NCBI GenBank assembly: GCA_022729355.1 | Contig: JALDAN010000001.1 | Coordinates: forward strand, 1-56,985 | Direction: 5' to 3' | Length of the DNA: 56,985 nt | From: Candidatus Nanohalarchaeota archaeon | Lineage (GTDB): Archaea > Nanohalarchaeota > Nanosalinia > Nanosalinales > Nanosalinaceae | Part shown: piece after piece, positions 1-9,529 of the stretch | Position numbering within the stretch: position 1 is the first letter of the stretch | How the letters are laid out: each line of letters starts with the position of its first letter | Program-made: the position numbers and the translations under genes | Notes under the pieces: model-generated | Told to the model about the DNA's origin: nothing | Databases searched by the model: none | What the model saw: only the letters and a program-made list of their open reading frames with translations

Positions 1-2
1 AT

Positions 3-248
3 CTTGAAGTCGAACTGAGTGAGTTAGAGGAATCGACTTCTGATGAGATAGATGGATTGGAAACTGATCTAGAAGACGCTAGAAGTGAGAGAGATGATGC
101 ACAGGAACAGGTGTCAACTCTTAAAGACGAAGTAGACCAGCTGCAGGAAGATTATAACAGTATTAGATTTAGCTTTGAACTTGTATGCAGTGAGATCAAC
201 GAGTCAGTCAACAACTTCGAAGAATGTGAGGCCTACGGGTTTGATTAA
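3..248 (+). CDS. Acidic coiled-coil protein, 5' end outside the window
   Basis: Frame is open from position 3 (LEVELSELEESTSDEIDGLETDLEDAR...); heptad-like pattern. Confidence 0.6.
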   Translation, partial: LEVELSELEESTSDEIDGLETDLEDARSERDDAQEQVSTLKDEVDQLQEDYNSIRFSFELVCSEINESVNNFEECEAYGFD

Positions 249-251
249 TCC

Positions 252-1007
252 ATGAAAGTAGAGAAGCTGATGCGGCGTCTGAAAATAGAGTTCGTGAAAG
301 TAAACATTCTTCAGGCCTGTCTAGACTCCATAATGCTCTTTCTAGGAGCCAATCTTTTCGTCTACATTTTCAACTTGAATATAGCCGGACCTTACAGCAA
401 CTTCCAGATACTTGCTGGAATAACTGCTGTCTTCTTTATCATGAATCTTGCCTTCCGAGTGAGAAAATACAACGTCGAGCTTTACGAGGAGAAGAATCCG
501 GAGCTGAACGAGATGCTGCGTACAGCACGAGACAACATCGACAGGAAGAACATTGCTTCTCAGGCCCTGTTCGATGAAATAGTTGAAAAAGCCCGTAAAA
601 TGAGCTCTGACAGCATTATACCTGCAAAATCAATTATGCAGAAAGTACTTGTCATCGGAGTCCTGAGCTTCGTGACAATATTTTCAGGCCTTGCAGGATT
701 CCAGATAGAGGGAAGTGAAGCAGCCATATTCGATGGAATTGAAATGTCCGGAGAGGACGAAGAGCCAACAGAACCTGATATAAGAAACGGATCAGAGATT
801 CTAGGAGAGCCAACAGAAATAGACATTGAGGAGCGTGAACTCGAGTTCGAAATCGAGGGAGCAGGAGAGGCCTCTGATCAGCAGTTCACTTTCACTACTG
901 GCGAGGAGGACTTTGCCTCTGAATCGGCGCGCGAAGGTATTGAAGAGGATCGTGAGCTGGCACAGAGATACAGTGATTCTCTTCGGGAGCTGGAGGCCTC
1001 TGAATAG
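252..1007 (+). CDS. Membrane protein of the MoxR cluster
   Basis: Three hydrophobic segments plus an acidic tail; directly upstream of MoxR/DUF58. Confidence 0.7.
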   Translation: MKVEKLMRRLKIEFVKVNILQACLDSIMLFLGANLFVYIFNLNIAGPYSNFQILAGITAVFFIMNLAFRVRKYNVELYEEKNPELNEMLRTARDNIDRKNIASQALFDEIVEKARKMSSDSIIPAKSIMQKVLVIGVLSFVTIFSGLAGFQIEGSEAAIFDGIEMSGEDEEPTEPDIRNGSEILGEPTEIDIEERELEFEIEGAGEASDQQFTFTTGEEDFASESAREGIEEDRELAQRYSDSLRELEASE

Positions 1008-1038
1008 GAATTTAAATCTCGAAATCCAGTAATTAGTT

Positions 1039-2007
1039 ATGAGCCTTGTAGGGACTGTGGATAATGCCGAGAAGTACAGGAAGCTGAATCAGAAAATAGA
1101 GGAAATCAAGAACGAGATAGGCAAGGTCATAGTAGGCCAAGAAGAAGTAATTAATCAAGTTATAACATCTATACTTTGCGACGGCAACATCCTTCTCGAA
1201 TCAAATCCCGGGATGGGTAAGACCAAGATGATCCACACCCTCTCCAACGTTATAGGCCTCAATTTCTCACGTATACAGGCTACACCAGATCTGATGCCAA
1301 GCGACATCACAGGAACACACATAATTGAGGAAACAGAGACCAGTACAGACTTCGTTTTCCAAAAAGGCCCTATCTTTGCGAACATGGTTCTGGTCGACGA
1401 GATAAACCGTGCGACACCAAAGACACAGTCCGCACTACTTGAAGCGATGCAGGAGAAACAGGTGACAGTAGGAAACCAGAGCTACAGCCTGGATAAACCT
1501 TTCTTCCTCATGGCAACTCAAAACCCTCTCGAACAGGAAGGAACATACCCTCTTCCAGAGGCCCAGAGAGACCGCTTCATGATGAAAGTGGAGCTGGACT
1601 ATCCCAACACCGATGAGGAAAGAGAGATCGTAAACAGATTCACTAACCACCTTGATTACTCTCCACAGCTCAACCAAGTTGTATCACAGGCCTCAGTTAT
1701 CAAAATGCAGGAGTTCACACGAGAAGTACCGATAGCAGATGATATACGGGACAGAGCCATAATGATAGTTAAAAACACGAGAAAAGATCACAACCTTGAG
1801 TACGGGGCCTCACCGAGAGCTTCAATTCAGCTGATAATTGCAGGAAAAGCTAAAGCGCTTGTTGAAGGCCGCAACCATGTCTCAAATCAGGATATAAATG
1901 CTATGGCGAAGCCTGTGTTGAGGCATCGTATAGGCCTTACTTTCAAAGCTGAAAAGGAAGGCCTTACTTCTGACAAGGTTATTGAGAATATAACGAACCG
2001 TGTATGA
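1039..2007 (+). CDS. moxR: MoxR-family AAA+ ATPase
   Basis: PGMGKT Walker A; RIQATPDLMPSDITG, DEINRATPKTQSALLEAM, ATQNPLEQEGTYPLPEAQRDRF. Confidence 0.95.
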   Translation: MSLVGTVDNAEKYRKLNQKIEEIKNEIGKVIVGQEEVINQVITSILCDGNILLESNPGMGKTKMIHTLSNVIGLNFSRIQATPDLMPSDITGTHIIEETETSTDFVFQKGPIFANMVLVDEINRATPKTQSALLEAMQEKQVTVGNQSYSLDKPFFLMATQNPLEQEGTYPLPEAQRDRFMMKVELDYPNTDEEREIVNRFTNHLDYSPQLNQVVSQASVIKMQEFTREVPIADDIRDRAIMIVKNTRKDHNLEYGASPRASIQLIIAGKAKALVEGRNHVSNQDINAMAKPVLRHRIGLTFKAEKEGLTSDKVIENITNRV

Positions 2008-2861
2008 TTGAACTGGATTATTTGGAGGAGCTTGAACGCTTTCAGCTGGCCTTGAAGCGTAATGCTTCAAGTATTCAGAGCGGTGAGCAGCAGAGCAGCC
2101 ATACAGGACAGGGAATGGTGTTTAAAGATCACAAGGAGTATATTCCAGGTGACGATATCAGGAAGATGGACTGGAAGGCCTATGCGCGTACAAAGGATTA
2201 CTACATCAAGCGTTTTGAGGAGGAAAGACGACTGAATATCCATATCCTTCTTGATAGGAGTAGTTCAATGGATTACGGTAACGTAAATAAGTACGAGTTC
2301 GCTGCCAAGCTAGGTCTGGGAGTGGCAAAAATGAGTATGAATACTAATGACAAGTTCTCTTATTCTGTTTTCTCTGAGACATTGACTAATCTTTCATCCG
2401 GAAGGCGTGCATCGAACATCAGCGAGCTTGTTGAGGTGCTTAACAAGACACGGAAGACTCCTGAAAGCCGTGTAGAGGAATGTATAACAGAGTACAGCAG
2501 CAGGATTCAGAACGAGTCTGCTGTAATCATTCTGTCAGATTTCCTTGTGGATCCTGAGAAGTTTGAGCGAGGCCTTGAAAGCCTAGAGCACACTCATCCT
2601 GTAGTGGTTAATGTACTGGATTCGACGGAGCTGGATCCTGAATTTGAAGGCGATAAGATTCTGAAGGATCCAGAGTCGAAATCGAAGCTAAGGACCTTTC
2701 TCTCACGGAAGACAAAGAATGATTACAGAGATAAGATGGAGAGTCACGTTACAGAACTGGAGGAGATATCACGTAAGAACGGAGCCGAATTCGTACAGGC
2801 CTCCACCGAGGACGATGTATTCGACGCGCTTTTAACGGTCTGGGAGAAACTGAACAAATAA
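2004..2861 (+). CDS. DUF58 / VWA-like protein
   Basis: EYIPGDDIRKMDWKAYAR and DRSSSM motifs; ATGA overlap with moxR. Confidence 0.9.
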   Translation: MIELDYLEELERFQLALKRNASSIQSGEQQSSHTGQGMVFKDHKEYIPGDDIRKMDWKAYARTKDYYIKRFEEERRLNIHILLDRSSSMDYGNVNKYEFAAKLGLGVAKMSMNTNDKFSYSVFSETLTNLSSGRRASNISELVEVLNKTRKTPESRVEECITEYSSRIQNESAVIILSDFLVDPEKFERGLESLEHTHPVVVNVLDSTELDPEFEGDKILKDPESKSKLRTFLSRKTKNDYRDKMESHVTELEEISRKNGAEFVQASTEDDVFDALLTVWEKLNK

Positions 2862-2866
2862 ACAGT

Positions 2867-3613
2867 ATGGAACTAGAAGGATTTGAATCAGTAGAGGGAA
2901 TCCCTGCACTTTATCACCCGGAGACCGATACACTGACAATATCAGATCTCCATCTGGGTCTGGAAGGCAGTATGACCTCAGAAGGAAGTTACGTCCCGAA
3001 ATTCCATCTCGAGGACATGCTGGAGGATATTGAGAAGGCTCGAAGCCGTACAGAGGCCTCCCGAATAGTCGTTAACGGTGATATAAAGAACGAGTTCAAT
3101 AAGAGCTACTACAGTGAGAAAGATGAAGTTAGAAGTCTCGTTCAGCACCTGAAAAGGAGATTTGATGAAGCGGTGCTAGTCAGAGGGAATCACGACAAGT
3201 TCATCGAATCAACTGTGGAAGATGAAGGCCTCGAGATGCAGGGTTTCTTTTTGGAAGAAGGTATACTGTATATTCACGGGGACAGGAAGCCGGAGGAGAT
3301 TGAAGATCTTGAAGAAGAGGAGTATAATACTATCGTGATCGGTCATGAGCATCCTGCACTGTCTCTGAAGGACAATCTTGGTATATCCGAGAAAGTTGAT
3401 TGCTTTCTGTACGGAGAGACAGATGCTGGGAAGACTATCATTGTTTTGCCTGCTTTCTCCACTATATCCAATGGTACTGAGGTTAATGAAGTACCTCAAA
3501 GAAAGCTTCTTTCTCCCATTTTACGTGAAGGGTTGAATAAAGATAGTTTGAAGGCAGAAGCAGTTTCACGTGAAGCAGGTAACTTCGAATTTCCAGAGAT
3601 TGGTCGTTTCTAG
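2867..3613 (+). CDS. Calcineurin-like metallophosphoesterase
   Basis: SDLHLG, NGD, RGNHD, HG, GHEHP motifs. Confidence 0.9.
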   Translation: MELEGFESVEGIPALYHPETDTLTISDLHLGLEGSMTSEGSYVPKFHLEDMLEDIEKARSRTEASRIVVNGDIKNEFNKSYYSEKDEVRSLVQHLKRRFDEAVLVRGNHDKFIESTVEDEGLEMQGFFLEEGILYIHGDRKPEEIEDLEEEEYNTIVIGHEHPALSLKDNLGISEKVDCFLYGETDAGKTIIVLPAFSTISNGTEVNEVPQRKLLSPILREGLNKDSLKAEAVSREAGNFEFPEIGRF

Positions 3614-4797
3614 GCTTTCATAGCGTATACCGTTATGATAACTATTGTTATAGATATTAAGCCTGCTGCCAGAAATGATGCATTGATACTCCATATTGAA
3701 GCTATTGTTCCTGCCATTATTGGGCCTATTGCCTGGCCTGTGTGCTTGAATAGTTCGCTGAATGCAACTAATTCGCTTTCGACTTCTTCAGGTGCTCCTT
3801 CATCGAAAAGTGCGTGTATAGCCGGCGACATCCCTGAAGACAGTGCTCTTGCGACTAGGAAGAGGCCTCCAATTGCTATTATGCTTGATAGGAAGCTCAT
3901 GAATATCAGTACAGGTGTCAGAAGGATGCTAAGTATGGTTACTGTCTTTAGTCTTCCAATTCTGTCCGCTAGATCTGCGAATAGGAACTGGAATACGCTC
4001 GGAAGTGCTGCGAATCCAAAGATTACTCCCATGACTGCAAAGTCTCCAGATACTTGATCAAGTAGTAGTGGTACAGCAACCCAGTAGAAAGAGAAAATTA
4101 TAGAGTAGAGAAATATCAAAATGAACGGAAGTTTTACGGTTTGCCAGTTATCTTTCAGATGATGCCAGTCATCAGCATACGTGTTTCTTTGAAGAACTTC
4201 TTCCATAGAGTGTTTCAAGGACAGTTCAGTATCAATGCCTATGTAGGAAAGATATAGGAGTATTGCAAGTGTTGAGCCGAAGAACCATAGACCGAAAGCC
4301 AAGTTGAATCCGTGAGCAGCGATGAGGTAACCTCCCATTACCGGTCCCAGTACTGCTGCTAGATTAACACCCAGAAGAAAGACAGAGACTGTTTCAGACT
4401 CCACATCGTCATCGCTGCTTTTCAATGAAAGACTCCAGCTTCCATTCCAGATAAAGGCCTTAGCCACCCCCTCCAGAAATTTTCCGGAAAGGAGCATAAC
4501 CGGGGTAGCGAAGACGTAGAGTAGCGGCGGAAATGCCGCAGTCGCTAGCCCCATGAAAACCACAATTTTCTCTCCAGCCCTCTGAACCAAGTTACCTGTC
4601 GGAATATCAAGGATAATTGTTACAAGAGCCGGAAGGGACGTAGCAACTCCAACCAGAAAAACTCCCATATGTTGCTCGAAGAATATCGGCAGGAAGTTCC
4701 ACACAGTATTTCTTCCTATCCAGCCTACAAGAAAAATTATTGAAAGATACTTTGCTATTCTCGGAATCCTGTCAAGCTCCACTGTAAGAACAAACAA
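3610..4797 (-). CDS. MFS transporter
   Basis: About 12 hydrophobic segments; LADRIGR MFS loop motif; exact start uncertain. Confidence 0.85.
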   Translation of the reverse strand: MFVLTVELDRIPRIAKYLSIIFLVGWIGRNTVWNFLPIFFEQHMGVFLVGVATSLPALVTIILDIPTGNLVQRAGEKIVVFMGLATAAFPPLLYVFATPVMLLSGKFLEGVAKAFIWNGSWSLSLKSSDDDVESETVSVFLLGVNLAAVLGPVMGGYLIAAHGFNLAFGLWFFGSTLAILLYLSYIGIDTELSLKHSMEEVLQRNTYADDWHHLKDNWQTVKLPFILIFLYSIIFSFYWVAVPLLLDQVSGDFAVMGVIFGFAALPSVFQFLFADLADRIGRLKTVTILSILLTPVLIFMSFLSSIIAIGGLFLVARALSSGMSPAIHALFDEGAPEEVESELVAFSELFKHTGQAIGPIMAGTIASIWSINASFLAAGLISITIVIITVYAMKA

Positions 4798-4801
4798 TCC
4801 T

Positions 4802-5053
4802 TCAGTGCGTTATAAAGCCTTCGCTCTCATCTTCTTCGTCTTCCTCAGAGGCCTCTTTTCTGCTTTCCTCTACAAGTTCTTGCTTGGCCTCTTCCTTTAA
4901 TTCACTGTATCTTTTCTCTGCTGGAGAAGTATCTTCCAGGCCTGCTTTCTCCTGCTTGATTTCATCAAAGCGTTCCTTGCTCGGGTCTTCTTCACTTTTT
5001 TCCTCACTGTCTTCGGCGCTATTATTTTTGATTGCGTTGATGAAGTCGTTCAA
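4802..5053 (-). CDS. Small acidic hypothetical protein
   Basis: E/D-rich ORF packed between co-oriented neighbours. Confidence 0.6.
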   Translation of the reverse strand: MNDFINAIKNNSAEDSEEKSEEDPSKERFDEIKQEKAGLEDTSPAEKRYSELKEEAKQELVEESRKEASEEDEEDESEGFITH

Positions 5054-5056
5054 AAA

Positions 5057-5311
5057 CTATTGCACCTCCACATCTCTCTTGTTTCTTCTTCGTCCAACGA
5101 AAGGAAGTTTTGAGATCAAATTAGTGAAGTCACTAAGTGTCTCAGTAGCATGTTCAATATTATCTACTGCTCTTTCCAGACTTTCTGTAGAGCTTAATGT
5201 TGATGCCATTACCCTGTCAATCCTGTAGAGAAGTATAGATAGAAGCACTAGAACTACAGCTACAAGCACCTTTATCAGGATATCGAGGCCTGCTACAGGA
5301 TCTTCTATCAT
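5057..5311 (-). CDS. Small single-TM hypothetical protein
   Basis: N-terminal hydrophobic helix followed by an amphipathic segment. Confidence 0.6.
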   Translation of the reverse strand: MIEDPVAGLDILIKVLVAVVLVLLSILLYRIDRVMASTLSSTESLERAVDNIEHATETLSDFTNLISKLPFVGRRRNKRDVEVQ

Positions 5312-5427
5312 ACTAATTGTATTGGTTCCAAGGATTTTATATCTATCGTACTTTGGAAGGTATCAAGCCCTGTCACGGCTTAGAAAGGCTTAAAAGGTTC
5401 TAGAAGGAATTTTTACCGTGATATACA

Positions 5428-5769
5428 ATGGTTAATGTACCTGAAGATGTTGAAATAGCAGACCTTCCTTTCACCCACGCAAGAATAAAACGAATGGTAA
5501 GAGAAGAGGCCTCAGAGGGCCAGTACGTGCGTTCAAACGTGTACTTTGGATTGAATCTTTTACTAGGAGAGATTGCGGACGAAGTTATTGAGAAGATGAT
5601 GGATACTGAGGCAGCTTACGTGGAGAAACATGATCTTGATCGAGCCGCAAGAAAATACGAGAAAGTGGAGAACATCATCAAAGAGAAGGAACGCGTCTCC
5701 AGAAAACTGGATGCACTCTCAGCTGACATTGAAAAACTTTCAAGGGACGTACAGCAGGCTGACCACTAG
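5428..5769 (+). CDS. Histone-fold-like protein with C-terminal coiled coil
   Basis: LPFTHARIKRMVR...YVRSNV...LLGEIADEVI...VEKHDL resembles the histone fold; tail is heptad-like. Confidence 0.6.
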   Translation: MVNVPEDVEIADLPFTHARIKRMVREEASEGQYVRSNVYFGLNLLLGEIADEVIEKMMDTEAAYVEKHDLDRAARKYEKVENIIKEKERVSRKLDALSADIEKLSRDVQQADH

Positions 5770-5803
5770 AAAGGCCTTCACTTTTTCCACTACTTTATTT
5801 TTC

Positions 5804-6586
5804 TTATATCATTTCGCTTATATGCTCAACTTCCACGTCTTCTAATTCAGGGACACTAGCCATTTCAACATCAAGCTCTGTAGGACCAGCAGTATATACG
5901 ACAGGATCTTCATATCTTCCTGCACAGTAAACACAAGTTACGCCTTCTGAAGTTTCTGGAGCAATAGAGATACTATCTATATACTCTTGATATTCTGTTG
6001 AGGCCTCTCTGTCGCCTTTATAACTGAATAAGACCTGGAAACCAATATCATCGTCAACCTGTCTTAAGGCCTCTGCAATATCATCTGATTTGATGTAGAG
6101 ATTGTCAAATCCTGTTCCGAAACGCGTGTTAGAGTGCTCGAACTCTGGATGTGCTTGAAGAGATTCTTCAAGGCCTCCTATTTCTTCTGTAGCCCCCTCC
6201 ATGCCTTCCAAGTATAGTGGAGTGGTCATAACATCAGCTTCCTCTCCAAAGAACTCTTCATAGAAAAACTCAGGTCTTTCGCCGGAGGCCTCTTCCATTA
6301 GATTTTTTCTTCCTGTTATATCACGTGGACGAGTTTGAATTCCTGGAGCAAACACTCCTACTAGGTGCAGACTCTCCAGTCTAGGTGCAATCCTATCGAT
6401 ATTAGGGCCTGTAGGTTTACGGCCTTGGCCTGTAACATCCAGAAAAAACGTGTTCCCCGTTTTTGTAGGATAAGAAGTTTCAACTTCCCATTCAAAGAGA
6501 TCATCTATAACAGGTTTCGCGACTTGGATTTGATCCATGTTGTTATTGACTTGTAATGAAACTTTTTTATTTTTTGTTGAGTTCAT
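5804..6586 (-). CDS. Hypothetical protein
   Basis: Long acidic ORF; real start may be an internal Met (MDQIQV). Confidence 0.6.
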   Translation of the reverse strand: MNSTKNKKVSLQVNNNMDQIQVAKPVIDDLFEWEVETSYPTKTGNTFFLDVTGQGRKPTGPNIDRIAPRLESLHLVGVFAPGIQTRPRDITGRKNLMEEASGERPEFFYEEFFGEEADVMTTPLYLEGMEGATEEIGGLEESLQAHPEFEHSNTRFGTGFDNLYIKSDDIAEALRQVDDDIGFQVLFSYKGDREASTEYQEYIDSISIAPETSEGVTCVYCAGRYEDPVVYTAGPTELDVEMASVPELEDVEVEHISEMI

Positions 6587-6618
6587 CTGTTAAAAATCTG
6601 GAGCATTAAAACGCTGTT

Positions 6619-6963
6619 ATGCGTTTTGAAGTAGAGGTTATAGCAGAAGAAGTTTTACCTGCAGTCAGAAGCATGATAGCAGATAATCTGCATGAAGACT
6701 ATGGATTCAAGCAGAGAGAGATAGCAAATCGACTTGGAGTCACACAACCGGCAGTATCGAACTATTTGAACAATTCCCGGGCTGATCAGAAAATAGTGCA
6801 GAAAATAAGCAGCGATCCACAGATACAGCTACTACTGGAAGAGGCGACAGATAAAGCAGTTGACAACGAAAACTACGCATCTGAAGTCTCACAGATAATC
6901 TGGAATATACGGGACAAAGGCCTCATAAAAGAAAGATTTGAGAATACAGAAAAAATCATCTAG
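6619..6963 (+). CDS. HTH transcriptional regulator
   Basis: EVIAEEVLPAVR...QREIANRLGVTQPAVSNYL, archaeal HTH pattern. Confidence 0.85.
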   Translation: MRFEVEVIAEEVLPAVRSMIADNLHEDYGFKQREIANRLGVTQPAVSNYLNNSRADQKIVQKISSDPQIQLLLEEATDKAVDNENYASEVSQIIWNIRDKGLIKERFENTEKII

Positions 6964-6980
6964 ATCTCAAAAACAAATTT

Positions 6981-9083
6981 CTATCGGAAGCCTTCGAACT
7001 TATCTTCAACTTGTTCTTCCTCTTCCTTAATCCGTTCCTTCAGATCATGGAACTTTTCTGAGGCTTTTTCGGCAATATGTTCAATCTTCTCAGTAACGTT
7101 GTTTTCAGGAATATCTAAATCTATTTCAGGTAGTTCAAGATCATCTAGATCTCTTTTTCCACCGGTGTAGATGAATGCTGCACCAGCTGCTGCGACTATC
7201 GATAATCCCAGGAATATCATCAGCAAAGTGTTTTTGATTCTCTCTGCTCTGTGCTCATCCTTTACGTCATCAAGTGTAGAGACAGCAGATTGATATGAAG
7301 ACTCTAGAGAATCGACTTGATTAATTGCTTCGTGATACTCTCCTTCATCAATCAAATTCTGCACGTTATCCATTAATTCAGTGAAAGATGACGTTCCTGC
7401 CTGAAGAGTATCGTTCAATTCTCCATTAAGCCCTGAATCTTGAAGAGTTGAGATATTCTCCTCTAAATCTGCCCTCCTATCCTGATACTCTTCAAATTCC
7501 TCATCCACATAGTCTCTCTGCTCTTCATTAGCCTCTACAAGAATCTCTACAGAGTCTGATGCATCTATTGCTTCAGCTGAAAACTCTATATCCCAGAGGC
7601 CTGTTTGATTCTCGAAAGCCGCAATCTCGAACTCTGCATTCTCTGTGTCCCCTTCTCTCAAATCCTCAACAGTGTTTTCATCTTCAAGAATCTCGGAAGA
7701 GGCCTCAATAGTCTCAGATTCAATAAGTAATACTCCAGTATTTTCAACTATCACATCAATGAATCCTGTATCATTTGCTTCTACGGTGAAATTATCCTCA
7801 GCATCAATATCAAGTTGAGGCTCTTCATCAGGATAATATTCAAAGTCTAGAGACTCTATTTCGCTCCAGCGTCCAACATTATCTTTTGCTCTTAAATGAA
7901 GAGTATGCTCTCCTTCTTCCTCCAGTAAAGCTGTATCAGCACGGAACTCCTCTTCACCATCAAAAGCCACACTATTTCCATCGCCTTCCATAGTTCCTGG
8001 CTCAAAGAAGTATTCTAGCTCACTTACTCCAGAAGCTGAATCAGAGGCCTCATACTCTACCATAAAATCATCCGTAAATACTCTGTAATCAGTATAAGTA
8101 TCGAAAAAATCTACTTCAGGATCTTCAGAGTCAAAAGTGTAAAAAGTTTCAGTAGAGCTTTCACAGTTTCCTGCTCTATCGCAGGCCTCTACTTGGACGC
8201 CTCTGTTGCTGTCTTCTACTTCATCAAAAGGAATGGAGCATGAGAAGTCTGTACTGTCGTCCCAGCCTGTTGTATCGACTGTATCTCCGTCAACCAGGCA
8301 TTCAACCTGTACTTCGCTCTGCTCTTCTGCAATATTGTTTATTTCAATGTCAACATCTACATTGGAGTCAAGTCTTACGTTATTGTTGTCATCAGCTTCT
8401 TCTATTTCAAACTGCGGCGTATCAGCTTCAAACTCATCATCCAGAACATAGGAGAATGATTCCTCGAACTGATTTCCTACAAGATCCTCAGCATAGATTT
8501 CAACATTGAATGTGTCTCCTTGAGATACGCCATCAGTACCAACATCAAATGATTCTGTACACTGTCCACCAGCACTACATACATTAGTCCTCTCACCATC
8601 TTCTACATCCACATCCTCATTGAAATCATTAGATGCTGTAAGATTGACGACGGCCGTATGCTCATCCGAGACCACAAATTCCAGCTCAGGATCATGCTGC
8701 ACAAACTCCCTGCCATCACGCTTTTCTACTTCAGGACTATCTCTATCAAGAAGAAACTCTACTGTCGCAGTATTGTTTTCCTGATCCTCTGCTGTCACAG
8801 TATAGTCTCCTGAATTACCAGACCCTGCAGAAAATTCATGAGTAACATACTGTTCACCCTGAACTCCTGTCTCATTAATCGTCTCATCGTTCGGACCTTC
8901 AACTTCAAAAACTACGAATTCACTGTCCGCATCGTTTGAAACATTGAACAAAACATTATCAGACACACTGTCACCATCTCCAGGATCCTCCCATTCCAGA
9001 GCTGAAGCACCAGTTACCAACATCGTTAAAGCGAAACATAAAACACCTAAATACAGAAACTTATTACCCTTAATTTCAATCAC
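6981..9083 (-). CDS. Cell-surface glycoprotein with Ig-like domains and C-terminal TM anchor
   Basis: Signal peptide; repeated D-x-x-P-x-V / D-x-x-GN beta-sandwich motifs; NxS/T sequons; C-terminal TM helix. Confidence 0.75.
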   Translation of the reverse strand: MIEIKGNKFLYLGVLCFALTMLVTGASALEWEDPGDGDSVSDNVLFNVSNDADSEFVVFEVEGPNDETINETGVQGEQYVTHEFSAGSGNSGDYTVTAEDQENNTATVEFLLDRDSPEVEKRDGREFVQHDPELEFVVSDEHTAVVNLTASNDFNEDVDVEDGERTNVCSAGGQCTESFDVGTDGVSQGDTFNVEIYAEDLVGNQFEESFSYVLDDEFEADTPQFEIEEADDNNNVRLDSNVDVDIEINNIAEEQSEVQVECLVDGDTVDTTGWDDSTDFSCSIPFDEVEDSNRGVQVEACDRAGNCESSTETFYTFDSEDPEVDFFDTYTDYRVFTDDFMVEYEASDSASGVSELEYFFEPGTMEGDGNSVAFDGEEEFRADTALLEEEGEHTLHLRAKDNVGRWSEIESLDFEYYPDEEPQLDIDAEDNFTVEANDTGFIDVIVENTGVLLIESETIEASSEILEDENTVEDLREGDTENAEFEIAAFENQTGLWDIEFSAEAIDASDSVEILVEANEEQRDYVDEEFEEYQDRRADLEENISTLQDSGLNGELNDTLQAGTSSFTELMDNVQNLIDEGEYHEAINQVDSLESSYQSAVSTLDDVKDEHRAERIKNTLLMIFLGLSIVAAAGAAFIYTGGKRDLDDLELPEIDLDIPENNVTEKIEHIAEKASEKFHDLKERIKEEEEQVEDKFEGFR

Positions 9084-9195
9084 TGGATAAGAATGGTAAA
9101 GCGATGTTTAAGTAAATTAGCTCAATAAGCCGTCCAAACCGTCTAAACACAAAAACCAAAACACATAAAAACGTTTACTACCTTAAAGTAACAAT

Positions 9196-9528
9196 ATGAT
9201 GAATGGAGAAAGAACTTACGGAAATCTGAGAGAGGCCTTTGGAGATGAAATAGAGGAATATACAGTCTTTGAGCATGGAGACAGTCGTGGAGAAGGCGTG
9301 GCTGTGCTTGATCCTGCAATAGGAGGATATAACAACAGAGAAATTGAGACACTATCAGGCCTTGCGCTTGAAGTAGCGGAGGCCGCTCACCAAGCCTATC
9401 AGGGAGTAGATCAGTACAGAGTTAAAGGAGCAGATGATTTAACTGCTGATGAAGCTGTTGAGACAATCATCGGAGAGACAACTTCAGACAGTCCTCCTGA
9501 AAGCATGATGCTGACTCCTGCAGAATAA
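9196..9528 (+). CDS. Hypothetical protein
   Basis: Acidic ORF filling the gap, convergent with phr. Confidence 0.55.
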   Translation: MMNGERTYGNLREAFGDEIEEYTVFEHGDSRGEGVAVLDPAIGGYNNREIETLSGLALEVAEAAHQAYQGVDQYRVKGADDLTADEAVETIIGETTSDSPPESMMLTPAE

Positions 9529-9529
9529 T

